DNA from: an uncultured Acidimicrobiia bacterium
Lineage (GTDB): Bacteria > Actinomycetota > Acidimicrobiia > Spongiisociales > JAENVV01
Reading direction: 5' to 3'
Length of the DNA stretch: 64,000 bases
Assembly: GCA_963847455.1 (NCBI GenBank)
Contig: CAWKAG010000056.1
Coordinates: 12,421 to 76,420 of the forward strand
This document shows positions 1 to 8,874 of the stretch, piece by piece. Within the stretch, counting starts at the first letter, position 1. Every line of letters begins with the position of its first letter. A program made the position numbers and the translations under genes. A model generated the notes under the pieces. It had not been told where the DNA came from. It searched no databases and saw nothing but the letters and a program-made list of their open reading frames with translations.

Positions 1-2
1 CT

Positions 3-725
3 CTGCGAAGAGCTATCAGCATCATGCGCGCGTTCAGTGAGCTTCAACCCTCGATGACCGTCACCGAACTAGCCACAGACCTGGATCTGCACAAAAGCAC
101 CGTCTCGCGCATCCTCGCCACCTTGCTCGACGAGGGTCTCATTTATCAACATCCAGACTCGGGGAAATACTCACTCGGGCTAGGGCTGGTCACCATGTCG
201 GCCGTTGCGATTGGTCAGTCGATAGTTCGAAGCACCGCGCTGCCCCATCTCGACCGGCTCGTCTCCGACTGCGGGGAGACCGCGGTTCTTTCCGTGTTGC
301 GCGGCGACCGGGTGGTGACACTCGCAACGAGGGCCCCCTCTGAGTCCATCCGATACGTGACGTGGGAAGGCCGCGAATTGGCGCCTGCCTCAGCGGTGGC
401 CGGCCGCACCCTTTTGGCCGGCCTATCTCGCACCGAACGGGAGTTGATCGCACCAGGCTTGGGTGACCGGGAACACGAAGAACTCGATGCTCTGCGCGAC
501 CAGGGTTTCGATGCCGAACGAGACAGCATTGAGGAGGGGATGTCGTCAGTCACTGCAACCGTACGTGACCACTTGGGAGGCGTCGTCGCGGCCCTATCCG
601 TTGTGGGCCCGACGTCGAGATTCGAAGATCGAACCTACGAAGCAACTCGCGATGCGGTCCAGGCCGCGGCGACCGATACTTCGCGTCAGTTGGGCTTCGA
701 TGCGCTGAGACCTGGAGCGGCGTAG
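3..725 (+). CDS. IclR-family transcriptional regulator (5' end runs off the window)
   Basis: Frame is open from position 3 (LRRAISIM...). It has an IclR HTH (TVTELATDLDLHKSTVSRILATL) and a C-terminal effector domain (SVTATVRDHLGGVVAALSVVGP). Confidence 0.93.
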   Translation: MRRAISIMRAFSELQPSMTVTELATDLDLHKSTVSRILATLLDEGLIYQHPDSGKYSLGLGLVTMSAVAIGQSIVRSTALPHLDRLVSDCGETAVLSVLRGDRVVTLATRAPSESIRYVTWEGRELAPASAVAGRTLLAGLSRTERELIAPGLGDREHEELDALRDQGFDAERDSIEEGMSSVTATVRDHLGGVVAALSVVGPTSRFEDRTYEATRDAVQAAATDTSRQLGFDALRPGAA

Positions 726-726
726 G

Positions 727-1365
727 ATGCAGCAACTTCATCGCGATTCGCCTGCCGCATCGGTTCATCGCCTTGCTCACCACGATCTCGTGAGTCGACC
801 ATTCGCCAGTGTTGATCGGGTGCCCGCTGATCGCGCCGAAATGGTCGCCATGGTGCGAGATCTCTGTCTCGTCCTCGACGGTATTGACGTCTCTCAACAC
901 GACCCTGAGGGAGGCGGGTGGAGCAAGCGAGTCATACTCACCGAGTCGGGCTTGGAGCGTCCCGATCAACCGGCCACAGTCGTGGGGTTCTTCGGCCTCA
1001 AGCGACGCGACGCATCTGACGAGTCAGTGGCCGCGATCGATAAGATGAACGACCTGCTCATTGATCGCTTCTCCACATTTGCGCCGGTTCGCGGATATGT
1101 ATCACGGGTGCTCGCCGATGAGACCAACTATGCCAATCTGGTTGTCATGGACAACTGGGAAGCGATCGGCAAGTGGAGAAACCAGCTCCCGCATCCCGAA
1201 GCTGCTGGCTCGCTGTCCGAGTCCTTCTACGCCAATGTGCGGATCTACAACGGTCAGCTCGCAGCAGGCTTCAGCGTTCCCGACGCCATGTCCTTGCGGG
1301 TCGTCAAGTACTGGGACTACCGCACTGAGCCACATTGGAAGGCCATCCGACAGCTGGTGGACTAG
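727..1365 (+). CDS. Hypothetical protein, possibly ABM/dimeric alpha-beta barrel-like (212 aa)
   Basis: ATG lies 1 nt after the IclR stop and its TAG overlaps the next GTG. The C-terminal half has a YANLVVM..WE..GKWR..LPH pattern reminiscent of ABM-like barrels (inference). Confidence 0.75.
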   Translation: MQQLHRDSPAASVHRLAHHDLVSRPFASVDRVPADRAEMVAMVRDLCLVLDGIDVSQHDPEGGGWSKRVILTESGLERPDQPATVVGFFGLKRRDASDESVAAIDKMNDLLIDRFSTFAPVRGYVSRVLADETNYANLVVMDNWEAIGKWRNQLPHPEAAGSLSESFYANVRIYNGQLAAGFSVPDAMSLRVVKYWDYRTEPHWKAIRQLVD

Positions 1366-2129
1366 TGCAACCCCTCACGTTGTCCTCGGGATTGTCCCCC
1401 GTAGCCGATCAGTTGGTCAGGCAGGTCGCTGACTGTCTGTCAGAAATCCTCGGACGGAGCGTTTTGTGGACCGATCAGCAAGTCCGGGAAGGCTGGTTAC
1501 GAGACAGCCAGACCGACCTACTGTGGGCCTGCGGATATCTCCACGCATCAAACCTCACCGTCGGATCGTGGCCTTACGCTGCCCTGGTGGCGCCGGTGAT
1601 GGCTGCAGAGCGCTACCGAGGACAACCCGTCTATTTTGGCGATGTGATCGTGCGTTCGAACGATTCTGTCGCGGCAATGGCAGCCCTGGCTCACCGGCGG
1701 TATGCCTTCAACGAGGTCGAATCGTTCTCCGGCTATCAAATGCTGCTCCGGTCTCAGCTGATTGCCGACGACCCGGAAAGGTGGCTCGCCGGCGGGATGC
1801 GTACGGGTTCACACCTTGCCTCTATCGACGCAGTAATCGATGGCTCAGCTGACTGGGCGGTCATCGACTCGACGATGCTTGACATGCAGGCCCACGCGGG
1901 CATCCGGGTGATCACGTCGATAGGTCCTCATCCTTCACCACCAATGCTGATTTCACGAGCATGCGACAACTCACTTCGCAGACAACTCTCGCAGGCTTTC
2001 AGTCAGCTCCATGCTGACGCGACAGCTCGAGTCCTTCTAGAGCAATGGAACGTCGCCTCATTCGTTGAGGTAGACGACCGCGACTATCTGAGTCTGCTTT
2101 CAGTCGGCGAGTCCAAGCTCACGCCTTAA
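1365..2129 (+). CDS. PhnD/PtxB-like phosphate/phosphite/phosphonate-binding fold protein, no signal peptide
   Basis: GTG at 1365 overlaps the upstream TAG. Motifs YFGDVIVR, AFNEVESFSG, TGSHLASIDAVIDGSADWAVIDS and GPHPSPP are typical of the PhnD family. Confidence 0.85.
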   Translation: MQPLTLSSGLSPVADQLVRQVADCLSEILGRSVLWTDQQVREGWLRDSQTDLLWACGYLHASNLTVGSWPYAALVAPVMAAERYRGQPVYFGDVIVRSNDSVAAMAALAHRRYAFNEVESFSGYQMLLRSQLIADDPERWLAGGMRTGSHLASIDAVIDGSADWAVIDSTMLDMQAHAGIRVITSIGPHPSPPMLISRACDNSLRRQLSQAFSQLHADATARVLLEQWNVASFVEVDDRDYLSLLSVGESKLTP

Positions 2130-3027
2130 CTGCCGGCACCGGACCGCGTCGGGAAATGACGTCTGGGTGCCTGGTCGAGTGACACTGTCGGACGCGCAGG
2201 CCATCGCCAGTTGCACCGCAGCAAGCTCGTCCAATCCGCTTGCCAGGCCGTGCGCAAAAGAACCAACAAATGCGTCTCCGGCTCCGGTTGTATCAACCGC
2301 ATCGACCCGGTCAGCCGACACCCTGCGAACCGCACCATCTTGGCCAACGAGGGCGACCCCCGCTTCGCCAAGGGTGACGATCAGCCGACAGCTGGTTTGG
2401 TCAGCAAAGGCCTTCAGAGCCGCATCGTCAAAAGGATCTCCACCTCCGATCAAAGCGAATTCGATCTCGTTGGGAATCAACCAGTCCGTCACCGCGAGCA
2501 GTCCGTCGGAGATCGGCGCGGCCAGGCGCAGGATTGAGGAGCGTCACGGTACCGTTCGATCTTGCTGCCTGAAAGGCGCTAGCTGTGACGAATTGGGGTA
2601 TCTCAAATTGCCCGATGACGATCGCTGCATCGGGATTCGCATCGACTCCTGCAGCGGCGTGTTCGGAGCTGAGGAGGTCGTTGGCGCCCGGAATGATGAT
2701 GATGCGATTGGTGCCGTCGGGTTCTACCCAAATAGGAGCGACGCCGGTCGAGCCGGCGGTCACATGAACGTGGGTCACATCGACCCCGAATTCGGTGAAA
2801 TTCTCGAGGTACATCTGACCGTACGGATCGTCCCCCAGGCAACTCACCATGTGCACGTTGCTGCCAAGCAGACGGGCCATAACGGCTTGATTGGCACCCT
2901 TACCGCCAAACCCCATCTGGAAGCGGTCGCCGACCACCGTCTCGCCGGCCTCCGGTACTCGCTGGGTATACGCAATCAGGTCGATATTTGTTGATCCGAC
3001 CACAACGATCTCGCTGGCACCAGGCAA
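2100..3027 (-). pseudogene. rbsK: Ribokinase, split by a +1 frameshift at about 2522 (probably a sequencing error)
   Basis: N-half has VVVGSTNIDL, GFGGKGANQA and LNPAP; C-half has DWLIPNEIE and VDTTGAGDAFVG. Removing one base restores LNPAPAAPISDGLLAVTDW. AGGAGG precedes a TTG at 3027. Confidence 0.92.
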
Positions 3028-3094
3028 CGAACGGCCTCCTCTCCGATGCACCCATCATCGCACACGCACTACCGTTCGAAGCCGTTGATCAAGG

Positions 3095-4099
3095 ATGGTT
3101 ATGGCAATAGGCGCATGGGATCGACCGGTCCTCCAGTCAATCCGTCCGGTCATCGCACAATCGGAATCAGTCAGGACAAACGCAGAGTCGATTGCGACGG
3201 TCGCACGATGGATGGCCTTTGAGGAGTTCACCTTTCCGACCGGAGCAAGCGCTGGTCCGTTTGCATTGGGAGCAACGCCGGATGAGATAATCGATTTTGT
3301 CATGCTGGCCTCGGCCTTGAACTTCGCGTTTACCGATTTCGAGTCCGGCACGAAATTCGAGGTCGACTACGACGGGCGGACGTGGTCGGACACCGAAGGT
3401 ATGTTTGTCCGGATCCACCAGGCTCTAGCGGCCGGAACCGACCTATGCGACGGATCCGTTATGGCGACGATCACGGCATCAGATCTCGCTCATGTTTTCT
3501 CCGGCAACATCGTGATGCCGATGCTTGAAGCGCGTGCCGACATCCTCAACTCGATCGGATCAGTCCTTGAAGACCGGTACGAGGGTCGATTCCACAAGTT
3601 TGTCGGCTCCTGCCCTCCCGCCATGTACGACGATGGTGACGGACTGTTGGAGCGACTCGTCGAAGAGTTCCCCCGATTCAACGACGCAAGTCCCTATCGG
3701 GGCGAGACGGTCCAACTGCACAAACTTGGTCAGTTGGCGCTCTGGTCGCTGCACATGGGCCTGCATGCGTCCGGTGACTGGGCGGTGCGCGATCTCTCCG
3801 ATATGACGGCCTTTGCGGACTACATCGTGCCGGTCGCGCTGCGCCTGATGGGTATCCTGGAATACTCCCCGGATCTTGAGCAACGCATAAAAGCAGGCAC
3901 GATGATCGCCGCCGATAGCCCGGATGAAGTTGAGATTCGCGCCCACACCCTCTATGCGACAGCGCTTCTGACCGATGCCATCAACGAACTACGACCCTCT
4001 GATCAACAATTGGTAATCCCGCAGGTCGACTATCGACTTTGGAAGACCTACCACGCCACGACCTGGCCGCACCATCTGACCGAAACAGTGATGTACTAG
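3095..4099 (+). CDS. qng1: Queuosine salvage glycosylase (DUF2419/Q_salvage, QNG1 homolog)
   Basis: Motifs ALNFAF, HKLGQL, AFADYIVPVAL..MGILEYS, EVEIRA, QVDYRLW and C-terminal HHLTETVMY match the DUF2419 family. Confidence 0.9.
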   Translation: MVMAIGAWDRPVLQSIRPVIAQSESVRTNAESIATVARWMAFEEFTFPTGASAGPFALGATPDEIIDFVMLASALNFAFTDFESGTKFEVDYDGRTWSDTEGMFVRIHQALAAGTDLCDGSVMATITASDLAHVFSGNIVMPMLEARADILNSIGSVLEDRYEGRFHKFVGSCPPAMYDDGDGLLERLVEEFPRFNDASPYRGETVQLHKLGQLALWSLHMGLHASGDWAVRDLSDMTAFADYIVPVALRLMGILEYSPDLEQRIKAGTMIAADSPDEVEIRAHTLYATALLTDAINELRPSDQQLVIPQVDYRLWKTYHATTWPHHLTETVMY

Positions 4100-4112
4100 G
4101 ACCGACCCTCGG

Positions 4113-5174
4113 TCAGAGGGAGATCTTGTATCCGCCCGCTTCTTCGTCCCACTCCATCGTCACAACCCCTTTGGTCTGAGCCGCTTTCATGAACTGTAGG
4201 AAGCTGCTGTAGCCGAACTGCTTTTCAGAAAAATGTGCGTCGCGTTTGCGCATCTGGTCCTTGAGCCCCGACAACATCACGGTGCCGTCCTTGGCAGTCT
4301 CGGCTATCACCTTTTTCATAAGGTCGAACGCAGCATCGGCCCCAGGGGAATCTGTTGGGAAGTCGATTTCAGGATCACCCTTCGCAGGACCTTCCGACAG
4401 TTCGATAACGCCGTTGTCGCCGAGGTACCGAAGCAGCTCTCCGAAGGCCCGGAACCCGTAGTTGGCTTCCGAAAAAGTCGGATCTTTTCGCAGGAGGGTG
4501 CGTTTCAGCTGGGACCCGAGAATGGTACCGCCGGCACTGCGTTTGAGGCCACCGACGGTCGTACTGACCAGTTTGGCCAGGTCGTCAAGACTTTCGCCCC
4601 CGGCGCCGGATGTCGGTGGTAGCTCTGGCGGTGTGACATCAGGGGCTGGGGGTGCCTGGCGCCGGGGAGTCCTGGGTTTGGCCGGCACCCCGGGTTCAAC
4701 CCCCTCAAGGGTCTCATAGAACAAAAACTCGTCGCAAGCTGGGGGAAGCAGGTTCGACGTGGACGCTCTGATCCCAACGCCGATCACTAGCTTGTTCAGC
4801 TCGCGGAGCTTATGGACGAGCGGAGTGAAGTCACTGTCACCTGTGCAGATGACGAACGTCGAAACATAGGAGCGCTCAAACGCCATCTCAAGCGCATCAA
4901 CTGCCATCTTGATGTCGGCAGCGTTCTTGCGCACGGTTCCCATGCGCTGCGGGATCTCAATCAACTCAACATGATGCCGGGTGAGCATGCGACGGTCTTC
5001 GTCGAAGAACGACCAGTCACCGTAGGCTTTCCGGGCGATAACTCTGCCTCGTTCGGCGAGTGCGTCGGCTACGGGACCAAAGTCGAAGGCGATTCCACCG
5101 AGGTCCTCTCTGGCTGAAATGGCCAGGTTCTCGTAGTCCATGAATAGGGCGATGCGTTGTTCTTCAATGGTCAC
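4113..5174 (-). CDS. NYN-domain (LabA/DUF88) RNase with two C-terminal OST-HTH/LOTUS domains
   Basis: NYN acidic motifs FMDYEN, KNAADIKMAVD and TGDSDF; LOTUS signatures FSEANYGFRAFGELL and FSEKQFGYSSFLQFM. Start set at GTG 5174. Confidence 0.9.
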   Translation of the reverse strand: MTIEEQRIALFMDYENLAISAREDLGGIAFDFGPVADALAERGRVIARKAYGDWSFFDEDRRMLTRHHVELIEIPQRMGTVRKNAADIKMAVDALEMAFERSYVSTFVICTGDSDFTPLVHKLRELNKLVIGVGIRASTSNLLPPACDEFLFYETLEGVEPGVPAKPRTPRRQAPPAPDVTPPELPPTSGAGGESLDDLAKLVSTTVGGLKRSAGGTILGSQLKRTLLRKDPTFSEANYGFRAFGELLRYLGDNGVIELSEGPAKGDPEIDFPTDSPGADAAFDLMKKVIAETAKDGTVMLSGLKDQMRKRDAHFSEKQFGYSSFLQFMKAAQTKGVVTMEWDEEAGGYKISL

Positions 5175-5325
5175 AGTCGAACGATAGACGTTTCGTCGCC
5201 CGGCGTAGACCCACAGTCGAATACTGGTATCGCTTCCTATCTGTGTTAGCGTTCTTGTCACCGCCGCACTGGAACGAGGTCTGCGCACGCGCGCACCCCG
5301 GTGAACTACGGCCTATTACTGGCAG

Positions 5326-5386
5326 AGAACGAAACCTCGAGTTCTTGCCTCTCGATCCTCGTGGGATACGGATTACGAGCGTCGAG
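5326..5386 (+). promoter_or_regulatory. Two-hairpin structured leader upstream of the DEAD-box helicase
   Basis: AGAAC(5326-5330)/GTTCT(5341-5345), and CTCGA-tc-CTCGT...ACGAG-cg-TCGAG (5351-5386). Confidence 0.45.
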
Positions 5387-5438
5387 CCTGACCAAACCGT
5401 ACCTGCCCGGTCTCAAACGATGAGATCAGAGGAGAAAC

Positions 5439-7001
5439 ATGACTACCTTCATCGACCTTGGCGTGCCCGCGCGCCTCGCAAAGCCTTTGGCGGCGCGATC
5501 TATCACCGAGGCGTTTCCAATCCAGGAAGCCGCCATTCCCGACCTAATGGCCGGACGAGACGTGCTCGGACGTGCCCCGACCGGTTCCGGCAAGACCCTG
5601 GCCTTCGGCCTGCCCCTCCTGGCCCGCGTCGAACGAGCCAAACCTAAGCTTCCCCGTGCACTGATACTGGCCCCAACCCACGAGTTGGCTGACCAAATCA
5701 GCAAAGAACTACTCCCCCTCGCCAAGGCCACCAACCGGTGGGTCCTGGCGATCTACGGTGGCGTGGGATATGACTTTCAACGCCGGCAACTGCGCCGCGG
5801 TGCTGACGTCGTCGTCGCAACACCCGGACGCCTCACCGACCTGATTGACGAAGGTTCGGTAAGTCTGGAGGACGTCGACATCGTTGTTCTCGACGAGGCT
5901 GATCGGATGGCCGACATGGGTTTCATGCCTCAGGTCAAGGTTCTGATGGACATGACCAACGCCAAGCGTCAGACCATCCTGTTCTCGGCGACGTTGGACA
6001 AGGACGTAGCCCAGCTAACGAAGGAATACCAGACCGATCCCGTCACCCACGAAGTTGAGGGTGACGAGAACGCCGGTGAGGCATCGCACTATTTCTGGCA
6101 GGTTGACAACCATCAGCGTGTCCAGATGACCGCCGAGATCATCGGCACCTCTACGCCGTCGATTGTCTTCACGCGGACCCGTCGTGGAGCCGATCGGGTC
6201 GCGCAGCAACTCGAGCGCGCCGGTGTCAACGCCGCCGCCATCCATGGTGGTCGCAGCCAGAACCAGCGAACTCGGGCGTTGAATGCCTTCACGAAGGGCA
6301 AAGTCCAGGCGCTCGTCGCCACAGACGTAGCTGCTCGTGGTATCCACGTTGACAATGTCGCAAGCGTCGTCCACTTCGACCTTCCCGAAGACCCGAAGGA
6401 TTACTTGCACCGTTCCGGTCGGACCGCTCGTGCCGGAGCCGATGGTGTCGTGGTCTCCTTCGTACTGGGAAACCAGATGGGTGATGCCAAGCGCCTGCAG
6501 AACTCCGTTGGGCTCAACACCGCCATGCATGATCCAGAAACTGACTGGTTGACCGGTGAATCCGGCGGCCGTATTGGAGATGCCCCGGTTGTCGAGCAAA
6601 AGGGCGGTGGTCAGAAACGCCGCCCGCAAGGCAATCGGAACGGTCAACGCCCGCACAATCGTCGTTCGAGTGGCGGTCATCAGGGCAACAGCGGACGAAC
6701 CCGTTCGGAGTCCAAGAGCCGCGACGGAAGCAACGATGCCCCGCGCGGCAACCGATCGCAGTCATCGGGGAGCACCCGAAACGCCGGCGCATCCCGCACC
6801 AGTGGCGCCGAGCGCGGTAATCGCTCAGAAAGCGGCAACAACGTAGACGGAAACCGTCGGACTTCACCGAATGACCGCGACGGCAACCAGCGGTCGAACA
6901 ATCGTGGCAAATCCGAAAGGACCGGCAACCGGGCGCAATCCGGGGGCTACAAGGGCAACAAGGGCAACAGGAGCAACCCCGGCAACCGCCGGAGCGCCTA
7001 A
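5439..7001 (+). CDS. DEAD-box RNA helicase (RhlE-like) with a long disordered R/G/N/S-rich tail
   Basis: Q motif (FPIQ), APTGSGKT, TPGRL, DEAD, SAT, VATDVAARGI and HRSGRTAR. GAGGAG RBS. Confidence 0.96.
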   Translation: MTTFIDLGVPARLAKPLAARSITEAFPIQEAAIPDLMAGRDVLGRAPTGSGKTLAFGLPLLARVERAKPKLPRALILAPTHELADQISKELLPLAKATNRWVLAIYGGVGYDFQRRQLRRGADVVVATPGRLTDLIDEGSVSLEDVDIVVLDEADRMADMGFMPQVKVLMDMTNAKRQTILFSATLDKDVAQLTKEYQTDPVTHEVEGDENAGEASHYFWQVDNHQRVQMTAEIIGTSTPSIVFTRTRRGADRVAQQLERAGVNAAAIHGGRSQNQRTRALNAFTKGKVQALVATDVAARGIHVDNVASVVHFDLPEDPKDYLHRSGRTARAGADGVVVSFVLGNQMGDAKRLQNSVGLNTAMHDPETDWLTGESGGRIGDAPVVEQKGGGQKRRPQGNRNGQRPHNRRSSGGHQGNSGRTRSESKSRDGSNDAPRGNRSQSSGSTRNAGASRTSGAERGNRSESGNNVDGNRRTSPNDRDGNQRSNNRGKSERTGNRAQSGGYKGNKGNRSNPGNRRSA

Positions 7002-7020
7002 CCCTCGAATCAACAATCTG

Positions 7021-7066
7021 GACCCGTGCTCGCGCCTATCAACAGGCCGGGCACGGGTCTTCTTGG
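7021..7066 (+). terminator. Rho-independent terminator after the helicase
   Basis: GACCCGTGCTCG...CGGGCACGGGTC stem followed by TTCTTGGTT. Confidence 0.75.
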
Positions 7067-7087
7067 TTAACTGCGCCGCACATCGAT

Positions 7088-7444
7088 CTACGGAGTCAGC
7101 CCGTCGAGAGCCCGACGCGTCCGGACAGGCAGTGATGCGACTACCAGCTCATACGAGTGCCCGATCCAATCGTCGAGTTCCCCGTCGGGGAGTTCGTCGA
7201 TAATCACGGTGTTCCAGTGCCGCTTGTTGAGGTGATATCCAGGCGTAACCTTGCCGGGAAACTCTTCCCGTAGATCCAGCGCCAGGTCGGGATCGCACTT
7301 GAGGGCGACCTGAGTTGGGTGGGCGTCCTCAGAGACGATGGCAAAGATCTTTCCGCCAACCTTCCAAACCTGTGCTCCCGGCCCGAACGGGTATCCAGGC
7401 TCGGCGCCCACGTACGATGACAACCGGCCTTGTAGATCCGACAT
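7088..7444 (-). CDS. MmcQ/YjbR-family DNA-binding protein
   Basis: YPFGP, VWKVGGKIFA, LKCDP and PGYHLNKRHWNTV. Confidence 0.93.
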   Translation of the reverse strand: MSDLQGRLSSYVGAEPGYPFGPGAQVWKVGGKIFAIVSEDAHPTQVALKCDPDLALDLREEFPGKVTPGYHLNKRHWNTVIIDELPDGELDDWIGHSYELVVASLPVRTRRALDGLTP

Positions 7445-7515
7445 GATTGCGAGCCTACGCAGCCAGGTTCAGATGCGCAGACGGTTTCGGTACCGACCTG
7501 GCAAGGACCGAATGA

Positions 7516-8268
7516 TCAGGACCAGCGAACCTGAACCGTGTTCCAGTCATCAATGACGGTGGGATCACCGACCAGTTGGGCCTGCTCTTGGGGCAGGCGA
7601 TGCCAAAGCCAAAGATATAGGTCCGAAGCTGAACCGCGGACGAGCGCATCAGCATCAGGATCAGGCAACCGCTCGGTCACGGCCTTCTCCGAGTCGTAGT
7701 AGACCGTCCACGCGTCTCCGGAGTCTGTACATTGCACGGCAAAGCTGGTCGGGTGATCAGCGGTTGGACCGCGACCGCGTCGAGTAATGAAGGCCGTCAA
7801 GAGTTCGCCGATCCCGTCAGCCGCGAAGGCCCGATCAAAGGCCACGGGGAGTTGGCCGGCCGCGAGCTCGGCGTCGACCCGGTGAATGGCCGTTTCGTGC
7901 GCCTGGCGTCGCGCCCAATGGATAAGCGGACTCGGTGCCTCCAGAAACGTCCAGCACCGCAGCTGTTCGGGCGCCTGCTCAAGCACGTCGGCGAGCGCTT
8001 GGTAGCCTGCTTGGAACCACCAGAGCAACTCGCTGTCAACCGGCCACCCACCCACAAGTTGCTCCATGTCCCGGTCTGGACTCTCGCGAAGCCGCTTCCC
8101 AACGATCGTCCGAGCCCAAGCGTGTACCCCAGCCAGGTGGCGCACCAGGTCCCGCACGACCCACTCCGGGCAGCTCGGTACCGGTGCTTCCAGGTCAACA
8201 CCTTCAAGCACTGAGACAAAACGGTCGCCAGCGTTGCGGATTGCTTGGATGTACTGCTCGGTATCCAT
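7516..8268 (-). CDS. Mycothiol-dependent maleylpyruvate isomerase-like (MDMPI/DinB superfamily) enzyme
   Basis: VPSCPEWVVRDLVRHL, RRQAHETAIHRVDAE, ADGIGELL and DLYLWLWHR. ATG 8268 with RBS. Confidence 0.9.
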   Translation of the reverse strand: MDTEQYIQAIRNAGDRFVSVLEGVDLEAPVPSCPEWVVRDLVRHLAGVHAWARTIVGKRLRESPDRDMEQLVGGWPVDSELLWWFQAGYQALADVLEQAPEQLRCWTFLEAPSPLIHWARRQAHETAIHRVDAELAAGQLPVAFDRAFAADGIGELLTAFITRRGRGPTADHPTSFAVQCTDSGDAWTVYYDSEKAVTERLPDPDADALVRGSASDLYLWLWHRLPQEQAQLVGDPTVIDDWNTVQVRWS

Positions 8269-8372
8269 CGGGCATTCTCCCACTCCTATGGGGTTGGGCG
8301 CCAAACGGCCATGCCTAACTGACCGGTCGATCCCGGTTCGGTTACCCGGTAGGGTGGAGTTGGGAGGTGCTG

Positions 8373-8795
8373 ATGGACGAGGCCACATATCGCAAGAACT
8401 TCATCGTTGACCCTCCCCCACCTCAACGGTTCGAGTTTCTCGGGATCCGCGGGGCCGCACTCTATTTTTCGGATTTCGAGGCGGCTGTCGAGTTCTACAC
8501 CTCGGTACTCGGTCCCCCCGGGTATGTAGAAGGCGATGGCACTCGTGGGTGGAAGATCGGCAACTCAGGATTGACCCTGCTCAAAGGCGGCACTGGCGCT
8601 CCCTCCAATACCGAAGTTCCCTTCGTTATGCAGTCTCCTGCCGAAGCTGAACGCCTCCAGGCGGCCTTCATCGCTGCAGGCGCCGCTGGACCGCCCCCGA
8701 GCGATCAACTCATGTACGAACCCGTCCGCTTCTGCCCGGTCGTCGACCCATTCGGCACCGAGGTACTGATCTACGCCCCGCTCGCCGGCCCGTAG
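8373..8795 (+). CDS. VOC/glyoxalase-family protein
   Basis: DFEAAVEFYTSVLG and DPFG..V..Y; GGAGG RBS. Confidence 0.8.
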   Translation: MDEATYRKNFIVDPPPPQRFEFLGIRGAALYFSDFEAAVEFYTSVLGPPGYVEGDGTRGWKIGNSGLTLLKGGTGAPSNTEVPFVMQSPAEAERLQAAFIAAGAAGPPPSDQLMYEPVRFCPVVDPFGTEVLIYAPLAGP

Positions 8796-8837
8796 GCAGG
8801 AACCCTGGATCGCGAGCCAATTCGGGTAATAAAAACC

Positions 8838-8868
8838 TTGACCCTCACGTTACGTGAGGCTGTACGGT
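8838..8868 (+). promoter_or_regulatory. MerR-type 19-bp-spacer promoter with a TipA-like operator
   Basis: TTGACC (8838-8843), 19 nt, TACGGT (8863-8868). Perfect dyad CCTCACGT-T-ACGTGAGG (8843-8859). ATG lies 6 nt after the -10. Confidence 0.9.
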
Positions 8869-8874
8869 GGTTCC

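Noticed and set aside
2510-2530. Programmed ribosomal frameshifting at the split genes
   Set aside because: No slippery heptamer or stimulatory structure is present at any of the five sites, and they fall in unrelated housekeeping-type genes.
2167-2994. Long antisense ORF (275 aa) and similar shadows (6015-6680, 19781-20461, 44179-44949, 58028-59454)
   Set aside because: They lie opposite well-supported genes, have no family motifs, and are expected by-products of high-GC codon bias.
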